Below are positions 13,211 to 25,510 of a DNA stretch of 64,000 nt, one piece after another. The position numbers and the translations under genes were made by a program. The notes under the pieces are model-generated. The model saw nothing but the letters and a program-made list of their open reading frames with translations. It made no database searches and had not been told where the DNA came from. Source of the stretch: Octopus vulgaris (lineage: Eukaryota); NCBI GenBank assembly GCA_951406725.2, contig OX597836.1:18972001-19036000 (forward strand). The letters run 5' to 3'. Each line of letters begins with the position of its first letter. Position 1 is the first letter of the stretch.

Positions 13211-13619
13211 ATCAGCATCAACATGAACCAACAATAAAAGCCTACCTGGTCGCTGGGCATGCTAAACATAACAGTCAACTCTCTCACACTGTCCAATTTA
13301 TCCATTGTATTTTAAAAGGGGAAAAGACTCATGAAATGATATAGTCCTTGGTAAAATATTAAATGTTCAGGGTGGTCATGGGCGGAAAAACCTTTTGCCT
13401 GTAGTTCTCAGGATCAGGGCTGTGAGTGGGAAGGTCGGCGTTTATGACCCTTTTGCTTCTTTTCAAAATTGGTGGGAAGGAAGGGCCGAAATCATATTTT
13501 CAAGCCAGAGACCTGACCTCAATGTTTGTAAGGGAATGGGCCCTATTAAGGGCTGCCAAGGACCAGAAGTTGGAGGTGTTAAACCATGCGAGTGATTAGT
13601 TCTACCATCGAATGAATTA

Positions 13620-13728
13620 ACTGCGATGGACTGGCTTCACGTCCAGCTGGGGAGGACATATACGCCACAGAAACCGGGAAACCGGGCCCATGAGCCTGGC
13701 TAGGCTTGAAAAGGGCGCATAAATAAAG
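13620..13728 (+). mobile_element. SINE 3'/central-domain fragment
   Basis: CTGCGATGGACTGGC..CGTCCAG..CAGAAACCGGG, a motif typical of conserved SINE central domains; related diverged sequence at ~28163-28233. Confidence 0.55.
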
Positions 13729-13860
13729 AAAAATCTAATGAATTAAACAATATGAACCAACATAATCTTTATGTGGCCACTTCACCAGCAAGAAATAGCA
13801 GCCAAATCTCTTTAAATTGTACCTTACTATCTCCAAAAAGTAAAGAATGCATTATATATG

Positions 13861-14091
13861 TTTCTTTATTACCCACAAGGGGCTAAACATAGAGGGGACA
13901 AACAAGGACAGACAAACGGGTTAAGTCGATTACATCGACCCCAGTGCGTAACTGGTACTTAATTTATCGACCCCGAAAGGATGAAAGGCAAAGTCGACCT
14001 TGGCGGAATTTGAACTCAGAACGTAACGGCAGACGAAATACGACTACGCATTTCGCCCGGCGTGCTAACGTTTCTGCCAGCTCGCCGCCTT
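13861..14091 (-). mobile_element. SINE-B monomer with 15-bp TSD
   Basis: TSD AATGCATTATATATG 13846-13860 / 14092-14106. Confidence 0.92.
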
Positions 14092-14117
14092 AATGCATTA
14101 TATATGGTATATATATA

Positions 14118-14644
14118 TTGGCTTGTCAGATAAATTTGTTCGTTTTCTTAATTCCCAACAACCCACCCACCATTTGCACTCTATCGTTATTTGTTTGAAA
14201 AGAGTTAAAATTTATTAAAATTTCAGAAACGATAAACAAAGACTGTAGAGGAAGAATGAAGCCGCCAGAAAAGATAAACACAAAACACTACGATGGACAT
14301 ATTTTTCGTGTTAAATCAAATTATATTGGAAACACTTTTAGGCGGCGAGCTGGCAGAAACGTTATCACGCCGGGCGAAATGCGTTGCCGTATTTCGTCTG
14401 CCGTTACGTTCCGAGTTCAAATTCCGCCGAGGTCGACTTTGCCTTTCATCCTTCCGGGGTCGATAAATTAAGTACCAGTTACGCACTGGGATCGATGTAA
14501 TCGACTTAATCCGTTTGTCTGTCCTTGTTTGTCTCCTCTGTGTTTAGCCCCTTGTGGGTAGTAAAGAAATATATATTGGAAACACTTTCTCCTCTCTCGG
14601 GAACAGGAGGAGGAGAAAACGAACGGATTTATCTGACAACACAA
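14118..14644. mobile_element. Mariner-type MITE interrupted by SINE-B
   Basis: TIRs TTGTCAGATAAATttGTTCGTTTTCT (14123-14148) / AGAAAACGAACggATTTATCTGACAA (14614-14639). Confidence 0.75.
14340..14571 (+). mobile_element. SINE-B monomer with 17-bp TSD
   Basis: TSD TATATTGGAAACACTTT 14322-14338 / 14572-14588. Confidence 0.92.
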
Positions 14645-14751
14645 AGGTTTAAAACGTAGTCATCAAAAGATAGTTAGAATAGTGACATCTGTAAGAACTT
14701 TAATCTACCTGATCAAAGTCGGCTTACCCACAAAACAGCAATAACAACAAC

Positions 14752-17700
14752 AACTGGTACTTAGTTTTATCGATCCCGATAAGATGAAAGGCAAAGTTGA
14801 CCTCGGCAGAATCTGAACTTGGAACGTAAAGAGCCGGATGAAACGTCGCTGAGCATTTTGTCCGAAGTGCTAACTATTCTTATTTCTTTATTGCCCACAA
14901 GGGGCTAAACACAGAGGGGACAAACAAGGACAGAAAAAGGGATTAAGTCGATGGATGAAAGGATGAAAGGCAAAGTCGACCTCGGCGGAATTTGAACCTA
15001 AAGAGCCGGATGAAATGTCAGTAAGCATTTTATCCATTGCGCAAACGATTCTGTTGGCTCGCTGCATTACTCACATCTATGTATATTTTACTGCCCTCAA
15101 GGGGCTAAACACAGAGGGGGCAAACAAGGACAGAGAAAGGGATTAAGTCGATTACATCGACCCCCAGTGCGTAACTGGTACTTAATTTATCGACCACGGA
15201 AGGATGAAAGGCAAATTTGACCTCGGCGGAATTTGAACGTAAAGAGCCGGATGAAATGACAGTAAGCATTTTATCCGTTGCGCAAACGATTCTGTTGGCT
15301 CGCTGCGTTACTCACATCTATATATTTCTTTACTGCCCACAAGGGGCTAAACATAGAGGGGACAAACAAGGACAGACAAAGGGATTAAGTCGATTATATC
15401 GCCCCCCTCCCAGTGCGTAACTGGTACTTAATTTATCGACCCCCGAAAGGATGAAAGGCAAATTTGACCTCGGCGGAATTTGAACCTAAAGAGCCGGATA
15501 AAATGTCAGTAAGCATTTTATCCGTTGCGCAAACGATTCTGTTGGCTCGCTGCGTTACTCACATCTATGTATTTTTTTACTGCCCACAAGGGGCTAAACA
15601 TAGAGGGGACAAACAAGGACACACAACGGGATTAAGTCAATTATATCCGAAAGGATAAAAGGCAAATTTGACCTCGGCGGAATTTGAACCTAAAGAGCCG
15701 GATGAAATGTCTGTAAGCATTTTATCCGTTGCGCAAACGATTCTGTTGGCTCGCTGCGTTACTTACATCTATATATTTCTTTATTGCCCACAAGGGGCTA
15801 AACATAGAGGGGACAAACAAGGACACACAACGGGATTAAGTCAATTCTATCCGAAAGGATAAAAGGCAAATTTGACCTCGGCGGAATTTGAACGTAAAGA
15901 GCCGGATGAAATGTCTGTAAGCACTTTATCCGTTGCGCAAACGATTCTGTTGGCTCGCTGCGTTACTCACATCTATATATTTCTTTATTGCCCACAAGGG
16001 GCTAAACATAGAGGGGACAAACAAGGACACACAACGGGATTAAGTCAATTATATCCGAAAGGATAAAAGGCAAATTTGACCTCGGCGGAATTTGAACCTA
16101 AAGAGCCGGATGAAATGTCTGTAAGCATTTTATCCGTTGCGCAAACGATTCTGTTGGCTCGCTGCGTTACTTACATCTATATATTTCTTTATTGCCCACA
16201 AGGGGCTAAACATAGAGGGGACAAACAAGGACACACAACGGGATTAAGTCAATTCTATCCGAAAGGATAAAAGGCAAATTTGACCTCGGCGGAATTTGAA
16301 CGTAAAGAGCCGGATGAAATGTCTGTAAGCACTTTATCCGTTGCGCAAACGATTCTGTTGGCTCGCTGCGTTACTCACATCTATATATTTCTTTATTGCC
16401 CACAAGGGGCTAAACATAGAGGGGACAAACAAGGACACACAACGGGATTAAGTCAATTATATCCGAAAGGATAAAAGGCAAATTTGACCTCGGCGGAATT
16501 TGAACCTAAAGAGCCGGATGAAATGTCTGTAAGCATTTTATCCGTTGCGCAAACGATTCTGTTGGCTCGCTGCGTTACTCACATCTATATATTTCTTTAT
16601 TGCCCACAAGGGGCTAAACATAGAGGGGACAAACAAGGACACACAACGGGATTAAGTCAATTATATCCGAAAGGATAAAAGGCAAATTTGACCTCGGCGG
16701 AATTTGAACCTAAAGAGCCGGATGAAATGTCTGTAAGCACTTTATCCGTTGCGCAAACGATTCTGTTGGCTCGCTGCGTTACTCACATCTATATATTTCT
16801 TTATTGCCCACAAGGGGCTAAACATAGAGGGGACAAACAAGGACACACAACGGGATTAAGTCAATTATATCCGAAAGGATAAAAGGCAAATTTGACCTCG
16901 GCGGAATTTGAACCTAAAGAGCCGGATGAAATGTCTGTAAGCATTTTATCCGTTGCGCAAACGATTCTGTTGGCTCGCTGCGTTACTTACATCTATATAT
17001 TTCTTTATTGCCCACAAGGGCTAAACATAGAGGGGACAAACAAGGACACACAACGGGATTAAGTCAATTCTATCCGAAAGGATAAAAGGCAAATTTGACC
17101 TCGGCGGAATTTGAACGTAAAGAGCCGGATGAAATGTCTGTAAGCACTTTATCCGTTGCGCAAACGATTCTGTTGGCTCGCTGCGTTACTCACATCTATA
17201 TATTTCTTTATTGCCCACAAGGGGCTAAACATAGAGGGGACAAACAAGGACACACAACGGGATTAAGTCAATTATATCCGAAAGGATAAAAGGCAAATTT
17301 GACCTCGGCGGAATTTGAACCTAAAGAGCCGGATGAAATGTCTGTAAGCATTTTATCCGTTGCGCAAACGATTCTGTTGGCTCGCTGCGTTACTTACATC
17401 TATATATTTCTTTATTGCCCACAAGGGGCTAAACATAGAGGGGACAAACAAGGACACACAACGGGATTAAGTCAATTCTATCCGAAAGGATAAAAGGCAA
17501 ATTTGACCTCGGCGGAATTTGAACCTAAAGAGCCGGATGAAATGTCTGTAAGCATTTTATCCGTTGCGCAAACGATTCTGTTGGCTCGCTGCGTTACTTA
17601 CATCTATATATTTCTTTATTGCCCACAAGGGGCTAAACATAGAGGGGACAAACAAGGACACACAACGGGATTAAGTCAATTCTATCCGAAAGGATAAAAG

Positions 17701-17812
17701 GCAAATTTGACCTCGGCGGAATTTGAACCTAAAGAGCCGGATGAAATGTCTGTAAGCACTTTATCCGTTGCGCAAACGATTCTGTTGGCTCGCTGCGTTA
17801 CTCACATCTATA
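14752..17812 (-). repeat. SINE-B-derived tandem array: ~240-247-bp precursor units, then ~11.5 units of 204 bp
   Basis: Unit starts at 15464, 15668, 15872, 16076, 16280, 16484, 16688, 16892, 17095, 17299, 17503, 17707; unit sequence is antisense SINE-B. Confidence 0.97.
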
Positions 17813-17938
17813 ATTACATCCAATGTTTTTTGTTTTTGTTTTTTGTTTTTGTTTCATTAATGTAATATGGAGGTAATGTTAATGTTCTCGTTCGAGATTA
17901 TCTCTTTCAAATTATAGCTTTCCTTGTCAGGCTTTTAC

Positions 17939-18470
17939 TGTTGTTATTGTTGTTGTTGTTGTTGTTGCTGTTGTTGTTGTTGCTGTTGTTTATTGCTATT
18001 TTTGTTCTTCTTGTTCTTCTCATTATAATTTTCACTCTCTTTTTTTGTTCTTTTGCAACTGTTGCTGTTTCTTTTTTTTTGATGCCATTCTCTTTCTTGG
18101 TTGTTGTCTTTATTGTTGCCGCCGTTTTTGTTGTTGTTGTTGTTTTTTAGCGTTCTTGATCTAATTATAGCTTTCCTTTTTTTCTCTTCGTTGCTATTCT
18201 TGGTACCGCCATTGTTGTTATTGCTACTACCATTGTTCTGACCGTTGTTCTTGCCGTTGCTCCTACGGCTGCTGCTTCTACTACTGCTGCTGCTGCTGCT
18301 GTGCTTACCGTTCTTATTGCTGTTGTTCTTCCTGTTGATCTTGTTGTTCTTGGTGGTGGTCGTCGTGGACGTCGCCGTCGTCGTCGTCATTGTCGTCGTA
18401 GCTGTAATGGTAATGTCGTTTATCTCATTCTAATTATAGCTTTCATTTTTTTTTTTGTTGTTACCGTAAT

Positions 18471-18522
<52 letters not shown>
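17939..18522. repeat. (GTT)/(GCT)/(GTC) trinucleotide low-complexity tract
   Basis: Directly visible. Confidence 0.9.
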
Positions 18523-18604
18523 GAACTCGCTTTAATGACTGAGGCATGGTTTTACCTGGAAACATTATATGTATATATGCCTGTGTGCATGTATGCCTAT
18601 GAAA

Positions 18605-18676
<72 letters not shown>

Positions 18677-18820
18677 CAAAAATATATATACACACTTCAA
18701 GAAAAGAAAAATTAATACAAGTTGCCGTTAACCTTTTTTCGCATTTTTTCCTTTCTTTTTCTGGTGGGTGGCCTTTTTCAAAGTAGTTGGCTTGAAAAAC
18801 AAAAAAATTTTAAAGTAGAA

Positions 18821-19213
18821 CTAGCAGTGTCACCCGGAGTTGTTCGGGTTTGTTTCGACTCTTTAGAATTGGAATTGTTGGAAAAAATAAATTTTGCATT
18901 GTGTAGCTTGTTATTCTCTTGAAGTGAACATTTTTCTGGTTGAAATACACCTAAAAATGGTGACACAGCAGTAAAAAAATCGTAAAAAATAGGGATTTTC
19001 ATAGAAAAAAAGCACTTTTTGATGTAATTAATTTTTGGTGTTAACATGGTCCGATTTGAATTTTATCTTCTACGGAATGAAGAGCAAGCTTTCTTCTATC
19101 ATACTCTCAATTTTGGTCAACTAGCGCCGCAGGGTCTCAGAGGAGATAGTGTTAGTTGAAGGCTACAAAACCTGTCATACACAGACAACTTCGGCTTTAT
19201 ATATGGAGAGAGA
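18821..19213 (-). mobile_element. Non-autonomous Helitron (family H1) inserted into a transposase pseudogene
   Basis: 5' TCTCTCTCC.., 3' hairpin ACCCGAACAACTCCGGGT then ..CTGCTAG; A|T insertion site, no TSD; copies at 51807 and 61438. Confidence 0.8.
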
Positions 19214-20680
19214 TTTCAAAGTTGAGATTGTTGCTGAAGTAGTTCTATGACAATGGAGGTATGAATCTGGAACAGAATTTCTAATGCCCCTCACAATTTC
19301 AAGGATTCATGATAAGTTCGAAACATATGGTACCGTGTGTTATGTGCAGAAGAGAAAATCCGGCAGACCTCGTACAGGCTATGGTGCTGGAATATTTCAC
19401 ACACACGCAAGAATTCTAGCGAACAATGTGCGCGCGAGACAGGAACAATCATTTGGCGCATTCTTAAAAGAACTGAGTGGAAAGTTTATATCGCAGGAGT
19501 GGCTGTGTGGTAAGTAGCTTGCCTACCAACCACATGGTTCCGGGTTCAGTCCCACTGCGTGGCACCTTGGGCAAGTGTCTTCTACTATAGCCTCGGGCCG
19601 ACCAAAGCCTTGTGAGTGGATTTGGTAGACGGAAACTGAAAGAAGCCCGTCGTATATGTGTGTGTGTGTGTGTTTGTCCGCCAACATCACTTGACAATCG
19701 ATGCTGGTGTGTTTACGTCCCCGTCACTTAGCGGTTCGGCAAGAGAAACCCGATAGAATAAGTACTAGGCTTACAAAGAATAGGTCCTGGGGTCGATTTG
19801 CTCGACTAAAGGTGGTGCTCCAGCATTGCCACAGTAAAATGACTGAAACAAAAAAAAATAAAGAATAAAATCCCAAGATTATTACATACAATTAGCGATG
19901 ACGATTCTGATCGAGGAATCAAAGTGACGTAAGTGCACATGTTAGGTGAGGACGAAGAGTTTCTGAAGATGATTGTGTGGTCTGATGAAGGGCAATTTAA
20001 GGTAAATGAAGAGCGAAATTGTTGTATTTACTAGGCATCAGAAACTCCTTGCTTGCATGTAGACAAAGCAGTCAGTTTACCATGGCCGGTGGGGAGCATC
20101 ACCAAGAGGTGTAACAGGACCATTTTTCTTTGAGTCGGGTCTAATATCTGTGTCTCTAAGGTTCATTTTGGGACCAGCAGGGGACTAAGGTTTTCAGTCC
20201 CGCTGCATGACAACTTGAGAAGGTGGCTTTTACTACAGCCTCGAGCTGACCAAGCCTTTTTGAGCGGATTTGGTAGACGGAAACTGAAAGAATCCTATCG
20301 TATGTGTATGTTTGTGTTTGTGCTTTTGTTTGCCGCAGCATCGTTTGACAACAATTGTTGGTTTCATTAAAAGATCAGTAAGTACTGAAGTCAATTTGTT
20401 TGGTTATGATTGTGTTAACTAGGCATCAGAAACTCCTTGCTTGCTTAAAGACAAAGCAGTCAGTTTACCATGGCCGGTGGGGAGCATCATCAAGAGGTGT
20501 AACAGGACCATTTTTCCTTGAAGGCTCTGTTATTAGCCAAGATTACCTAGAAATACTATGCATGTCCATTTCACCTGCCATACATGTACTTTATGGAAAT
20601 GATTTTTTTTTCAACAACTCGACGCACCTCCACACCTCGTGTGAGCTTACCTGGAGGAGAATTTGCAAAGACATGGGATA
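19214..20680 (+). pseudogene. Tc1/mariner-superfamily transposase remnant (DUF4817-like HTH plus DD(E/D) domain), disrupted
   Basis: LTISRIHDKFETYGTVCYVQKRKSGRPR; IVWSDEGQFK; GVTGPFFLEGSV..YLEIL; stops, frameshifts and a SINE insertion; N-terminus continues left of the Helitron (~18790-18820). Confidence 0.8.
19492..19870 (+). mobile_element. SINE-A full length
   Basis: GCAGGAGTGGCTGTGTGGTAAGTAGCTTGC ... GACTGAAACAAAAAAA. Confidence 0.92.
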
Positions 20681-21225
20681 AGACGAAGAGATACAATTGA
20701 GAAATCCGCACATTCTTTGCCATAAAAGTGAGATAACTGGCCCTATGAGTCTTAAGATTCAAGACAGTATTTACTTTAGTTTACTTATAAGGTTTTGGAA
20801 GAGTCATGAGTCTATAAAGGAATACCTGCTTCTAGGTCCATTGATATTTCATGATCAACAAAAGAAGAGGACATTGAAACAAATATATGTGAAACTGATG
20901 TGTAAAATAGTGACAGACTATAGTAGGACACAGTTTGAGTCGGGTCTAATATCTATGTCTCTAAAACCAATAGAAAGGTTTGTTTTGGGACCAGCAGGGG
21001 ACTAAGGTTTTCAGTCCCGCTGAGTGACAACTTGAGCAGGTGGATTTTACTACAGCCTCGAGCTGACCAAGGGCTTTTGAGTGGATTTGGTAGACGGAAA
21101 CTGAAAGAAGCCCATCGTATGTGTATGTTTGTGTTTGTGCTTTTGTTTGTCGCACCATCGTTTGACAACAATTGTTGGTTTCGTTAAAAGATCAGTAAGT
21201 ACTGAAGACAATTTGTTTGGTTAAC
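20030..21225 (+). repeat. Local tandem duplication with internal deletion (A-C then A-B-C), including an old SINE-A copy
   Basis: 20030-20131 matches 20418-20520; 20130-20406 matches 20935-21223. Confidence 0.85.
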
Positions 21226-21758
21226 TGTGTCCCAGCATGGTAGCAATTCAATGGTTGAAACAAGTAAAAGATAAAAGTAAATGGTAAGCATTCCAGATTA
21301 GAATGATGCTTCCAAAACCATAAACATTGGTCATCGTACTCATCGTATTCACACATTGAGAAAAAAGAAGAAATTTAATTTGGTCACAATAAATGAATTT
21401 ATACATTTTTCAGTACATTTGATCAAAAAAGAAAATCTTCACGTATAAATGCATAATAAACGAATTAAACATGAAAAATTAGAAACTAATTTATTAGCTT
21501 AATTAAATAAATAAGACGCTAAATGAAATCTACGAATAAAAGGGATGAATGATTGAAGGAATGGTGGAATACAGAGAAGAGAGCAGAATGAAAACTAAAA
21601 AATGAAAAATACTGTAACTATATCTGTATGCATGTATACAAAAATATATGAATAATATATGCGTGTAGCCATACAAATATATATGTACATACATACATAC
21701 ATATATATGCGAGCGCATATATCTTTTATCTTTTGCTTTTTTCAATCATTGGATTGTA

Positions 21759-21811
<53 letters not shown>

Positions 21812-22670
21812 TTTTACTTAGCGGTTCGGCAAAAAGAGACCGATAGAATAAGTACTGGGCTTACAAAAAGAATAAGTCCCAGGGTCGATTTGCTCGACTA
21901 AAGGCGGTGCTCCAGCATGGCCGCAGTCAAATGACTGAAACAAGTACAAAAAAAAAAATATATATATATATATATGGAAACAATAAAGTATTGGAAGTAT
22001 AACCACTGGGGTTTAAAAAAATTATATTATAATTCCATGATTTGGGGTTCCGTATCAGTTTTCGGGTGTATATTTTACAGTGCATTCCGGGGTCGACCAA
22101 AGAAAGAATCTTTTAAAATTGTTAGATGGAAGTCTTAAATAAAATGTTCGTTATATTGATTCGCGTGTGTATGAGCGCGCGCGTGGGGTGTGTGTAAGTG
22201 TGTGTATGTGTGTAAGTGTGCGTGAATCTATGTGTGCGTATATCACCAAGGAATACCAAGACAATACATCGGACAAAAATACTTTGATATGTTTGCGTGT
22301 CATCTCGGTTATGTCCCTTTTTGCCTAAGTCGACCTTGGCATTCATCATTAAGAGTTTAATAAAATTAATTACCAGACAAAAATAAATAACCTGATATAA
22401 TTTACTAAATCTCTCGAGCACACTGTTCCAGCTTTGCCGCAGTCCTATGACAGAAGCCAATCAAAAGACAAGAAATGTATAAATACATAAACAGGAAAAA
22501 AGTAATTGAAATATATTTAATAAATATTTCTGACATGAATTTTCGAAATAAAATTAAAAGAAAAATATATCTCCTTTTAAAATAATAAAATATAAATTGA
22601 AGGGAAAAGAAAAAATATATTTATTAAAATACAACTCTAATGTTTTTAAAAGTATTTTAAAAATTACAAC

Positions 22671-22772
<102 letters not shown>

Positions 22773-23021
22773 TATGTATGTATGTATGTATGTATTATAG
22801 AATTCATTTAAACATTAAGAAAATATTTATAAAAATACAAGAGAAAAAGAGATATAACAAATTACATCTAAAAATCTTTGAAAAATATACAAAAATATGG
22901 CAGCTGAGAAAAATAAACATAGATAAAATATAGTTGAAATAAGAAAATATAAACTACAGTGTTATTAAGAATGACAAAGCTATATAATTAAAATATAATT
23001 AAAATCGAAAAAATGTAGTAT

Positions 23022-23259
23022 AGAATATTAAAAACGACGACAATGCATTTAAAAAATAATACAATTAAAATGAAATAAATATAAAATCAGATGAGAAGCA
23101 AAAAGGAATTTGAAACGTATAATAAAGATAGAACAAAAAAGGAAAGAAAATAAAATGTGATATATATTAAAAAAATATAAAACAATGCGATATATATTGT
23201 ATATGTGTGTGTATATATGTGTCTATATGTATGTGTCTATGTGCGTATATATATATATA

Positions 23260-23302
<43 letters not shown>

Positions 23303-23568
23303 TACATACACACGTACATACACACACAGTCACACACATAAATATCAGGAGTAAAGATATGAGGCAAAGAAGTTAAAAACAAGGACAAGAAGGTAAACGT
23401 GAGAAAAACAAGGATCTCTGAAATGTACAATGAAAATAAATACGCCAATAAAAGAAACAGAAGACAAGCAAACACATTGGATTGGGTTCTTCCTCACACA
23501 GAGGAAAAAGAATGAAAAGCATTTAGAGAAGTAAAGAAAAAAGAAAAGTGTATAATACTTAATTTTCG
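23022..23568 (+). repeat. ~540-bp dispersed direct repeat, copy 1
   Basis: AGAATATTAAAAACGACGACAATGCAT...TACTTAATTTTCG matches 28234-28763. Confidence 0.92.
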
Positions 23569-24358
23569 TCGTCTGTTTGCATGGCAGGTCTAGTTTAAGA
23601 TGGAAGTTATTAAGCAGGATAGAAGGACAAAATGGTGAAATATAATCCGGACCAAACTCAGTTCGGGGTAAGGGTAATGGGGAGAGAGAGCGAGAAAAGT
23701 AGAGAGTAAGTAGAGAAGGTGAGAAAGCAAGAAATGAAAGGGAAAGAGAACATGGAAGAGAAGGAACTTGCGGGCGAGTCTAATAGAAGAGGAATGGAGA
23801 GCTCACGATACTTGTGTTTATGTCAGCATATGTAAAATACTCCCAATCAACATTTGCCGTAATACCTATGTTTTTATTTTTATTTTATTATTTTTTATCC
23901 GTCTAACCAATCCTTCCTACCAATCCTTGCCCCACTACTTATTTTTTCTGGTACTTATTCCATCGGTTCCTTTTTTCCGAACCGCTAAATTATGGGGACG
24001 TAAACACACCAACATCGATTGTCAAGCGGTGATGGAGGACAAACAAGGACAGAAACATACACACAAACACACACACATACATATATATATATACATATAT
24101 ACATATATATACATATATATATACATATACATATATATATATACATATATATATATACATATATATACAAATATATATACATATATATATACATATATAT
24201 GTACTTAGCTGAAGTTTTGTATTGCTTTTCCTTATCAAGATATTGCGTAAAGAAATCATTTCATTCTTTTTGAATAACCCTGTACATATATATTTTTTGC
24301 GTAATGAGATAAAAAAAAACCAAGGCTGTATAGACATTAGAGCATTTATAGATAGAAG

Positions 24359-24410
24359 GTCTTACAGCTGTTTCTAGGATGTTAATTAATAATATCCCTT
24401 CATCAGAGAC
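24359..24410 (-). ncRNA. Hammerhead ribozyme motif (minimal type I)
   Basis: Minus strand: GTCT-CTGATGA-AGGGAT(ATTATTAATTAAC)ATCCTA-GAAA-CAGCTG-TA-AGAC; stem I GTCT/AGAC, palindromic stem III, GUA site. Confidence 0.8.
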
Positions 24411-24757
24411 GGTGTGAGAGGAAAGATTAAGTCGTAGTTAGTTTCGATGTGATACAAGTAGAGAGTGAGGTGGAGGAAAGAAAATAGATTTAAGATTTGT
24501 ATGGGTATTGAATTCGTAAATCCGTTTTATAGGCATAACGGTAGATATGTAATATTCCAATATCCTTTGAGTAAAATCCAAAAGTTCAACAGAGTTTAAT
24601 ATGAGTCCATCCAAACATAGAGTTTATAAGCAATATACACACGCTGACATTGAACCAACGTTGAACCCTTTATTCGTAATATTACCTGACACCTTTGGGT
24701 CTCCATGACACCAGTATCTCTTATAACCTCAACTTCATACAAAGGTAATAATTATTT

Positions 24758-25013
24758 AAAACTATAAATTAGGGTTTCTGAGAGATACCACCATGCTGAA
24801 ATAGCAGTCAAAACCCTGACCCTAAAACCACCTTAAATGTTCATATCGCGCAGGATCTTGAATTATCCAGAAAAATCTTCTTTTGCTAGTTTATTTTGTC
24901 TCTCTGCCTTTTCTCCTAGCGCGATATGAACATTTAAGGTGGTTTTTAGGGTCAGGGGTTTTAACTGCTATTTCAGCATGGTGGTATCTCTTAGATACCC
25001 TAATTTATAGTTT
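24758..25013. repeat. Inverted repeat (arms ~24758-24851 / 24920-25013)
   Basis: AAACTATAAATTAGGGT..GAGATACCACCATGCTGAAATAGCAGT..AAATGTTCATATCGCG and its reverse complement. Confidence 0.92.
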
Positions 25014-25140
25014 GATTTGAAAACCCCACTAGAATGGGAGAAAGCGCTAATCTAAGTGATATGATATATATATAAAAAATGAAATATACAAATAAATATC
25101 TGTAAATATAAACCATCCGATCTTCCGAGTACCTCATTTC

Positions 25141-25203
<63 letters not shown>

Positions 25204-25307
25204 AGATATAGATATAAATGAGTAACAAAGATATACAGGTGTCAATTCATTACGTCTGTTTCAAACGAGTCTTCAATTTAAGTACCTAATTCAACTGAAT
25301 CTCTATT

Positions 25308-25340
<33 letters not shown>

Positions 25341-25455
25341 CGCGCACACACATATATATACATGCACTTGCTCCGTGATGGTAAAACCAATAAAAAAAAT
25401 TAATTCATCTGATAAGAGATAACAATTATTTAGTAGACACAATACATGTTTTTAT

Positions 25456-25510
25456 GTGTTACTAATAGTTTCATATGTTGAGAAATACCTCAAACACATT
25501 CATCAGGCAC
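25456..25510 (-). ncRNA. Hammerhead ribozyme motif (minimal type I)
   Basis: Minus strand: GTGC-CTGATGA-ATGTGTTTGAG(GTATTT)CTCAACATAT-GAAA-CTATTAG-TA-ACAC. Confidence 0.75.

Noticed and set aside
15217-17697. Array of eleven 64-67-aa ORFs (MTSAEFEPKEP...) as a tandem small-protein family
   Set aside because: TTG-started antisense SINE sequence; the repetition follows from the 204-bp unit, and one unit is frameshifted
23631-23672. Possible first coding exon MVKYNPDQTQFG|gtaagg
   Set aside because: Too short to distinguish from chance, and no downstream exon identified
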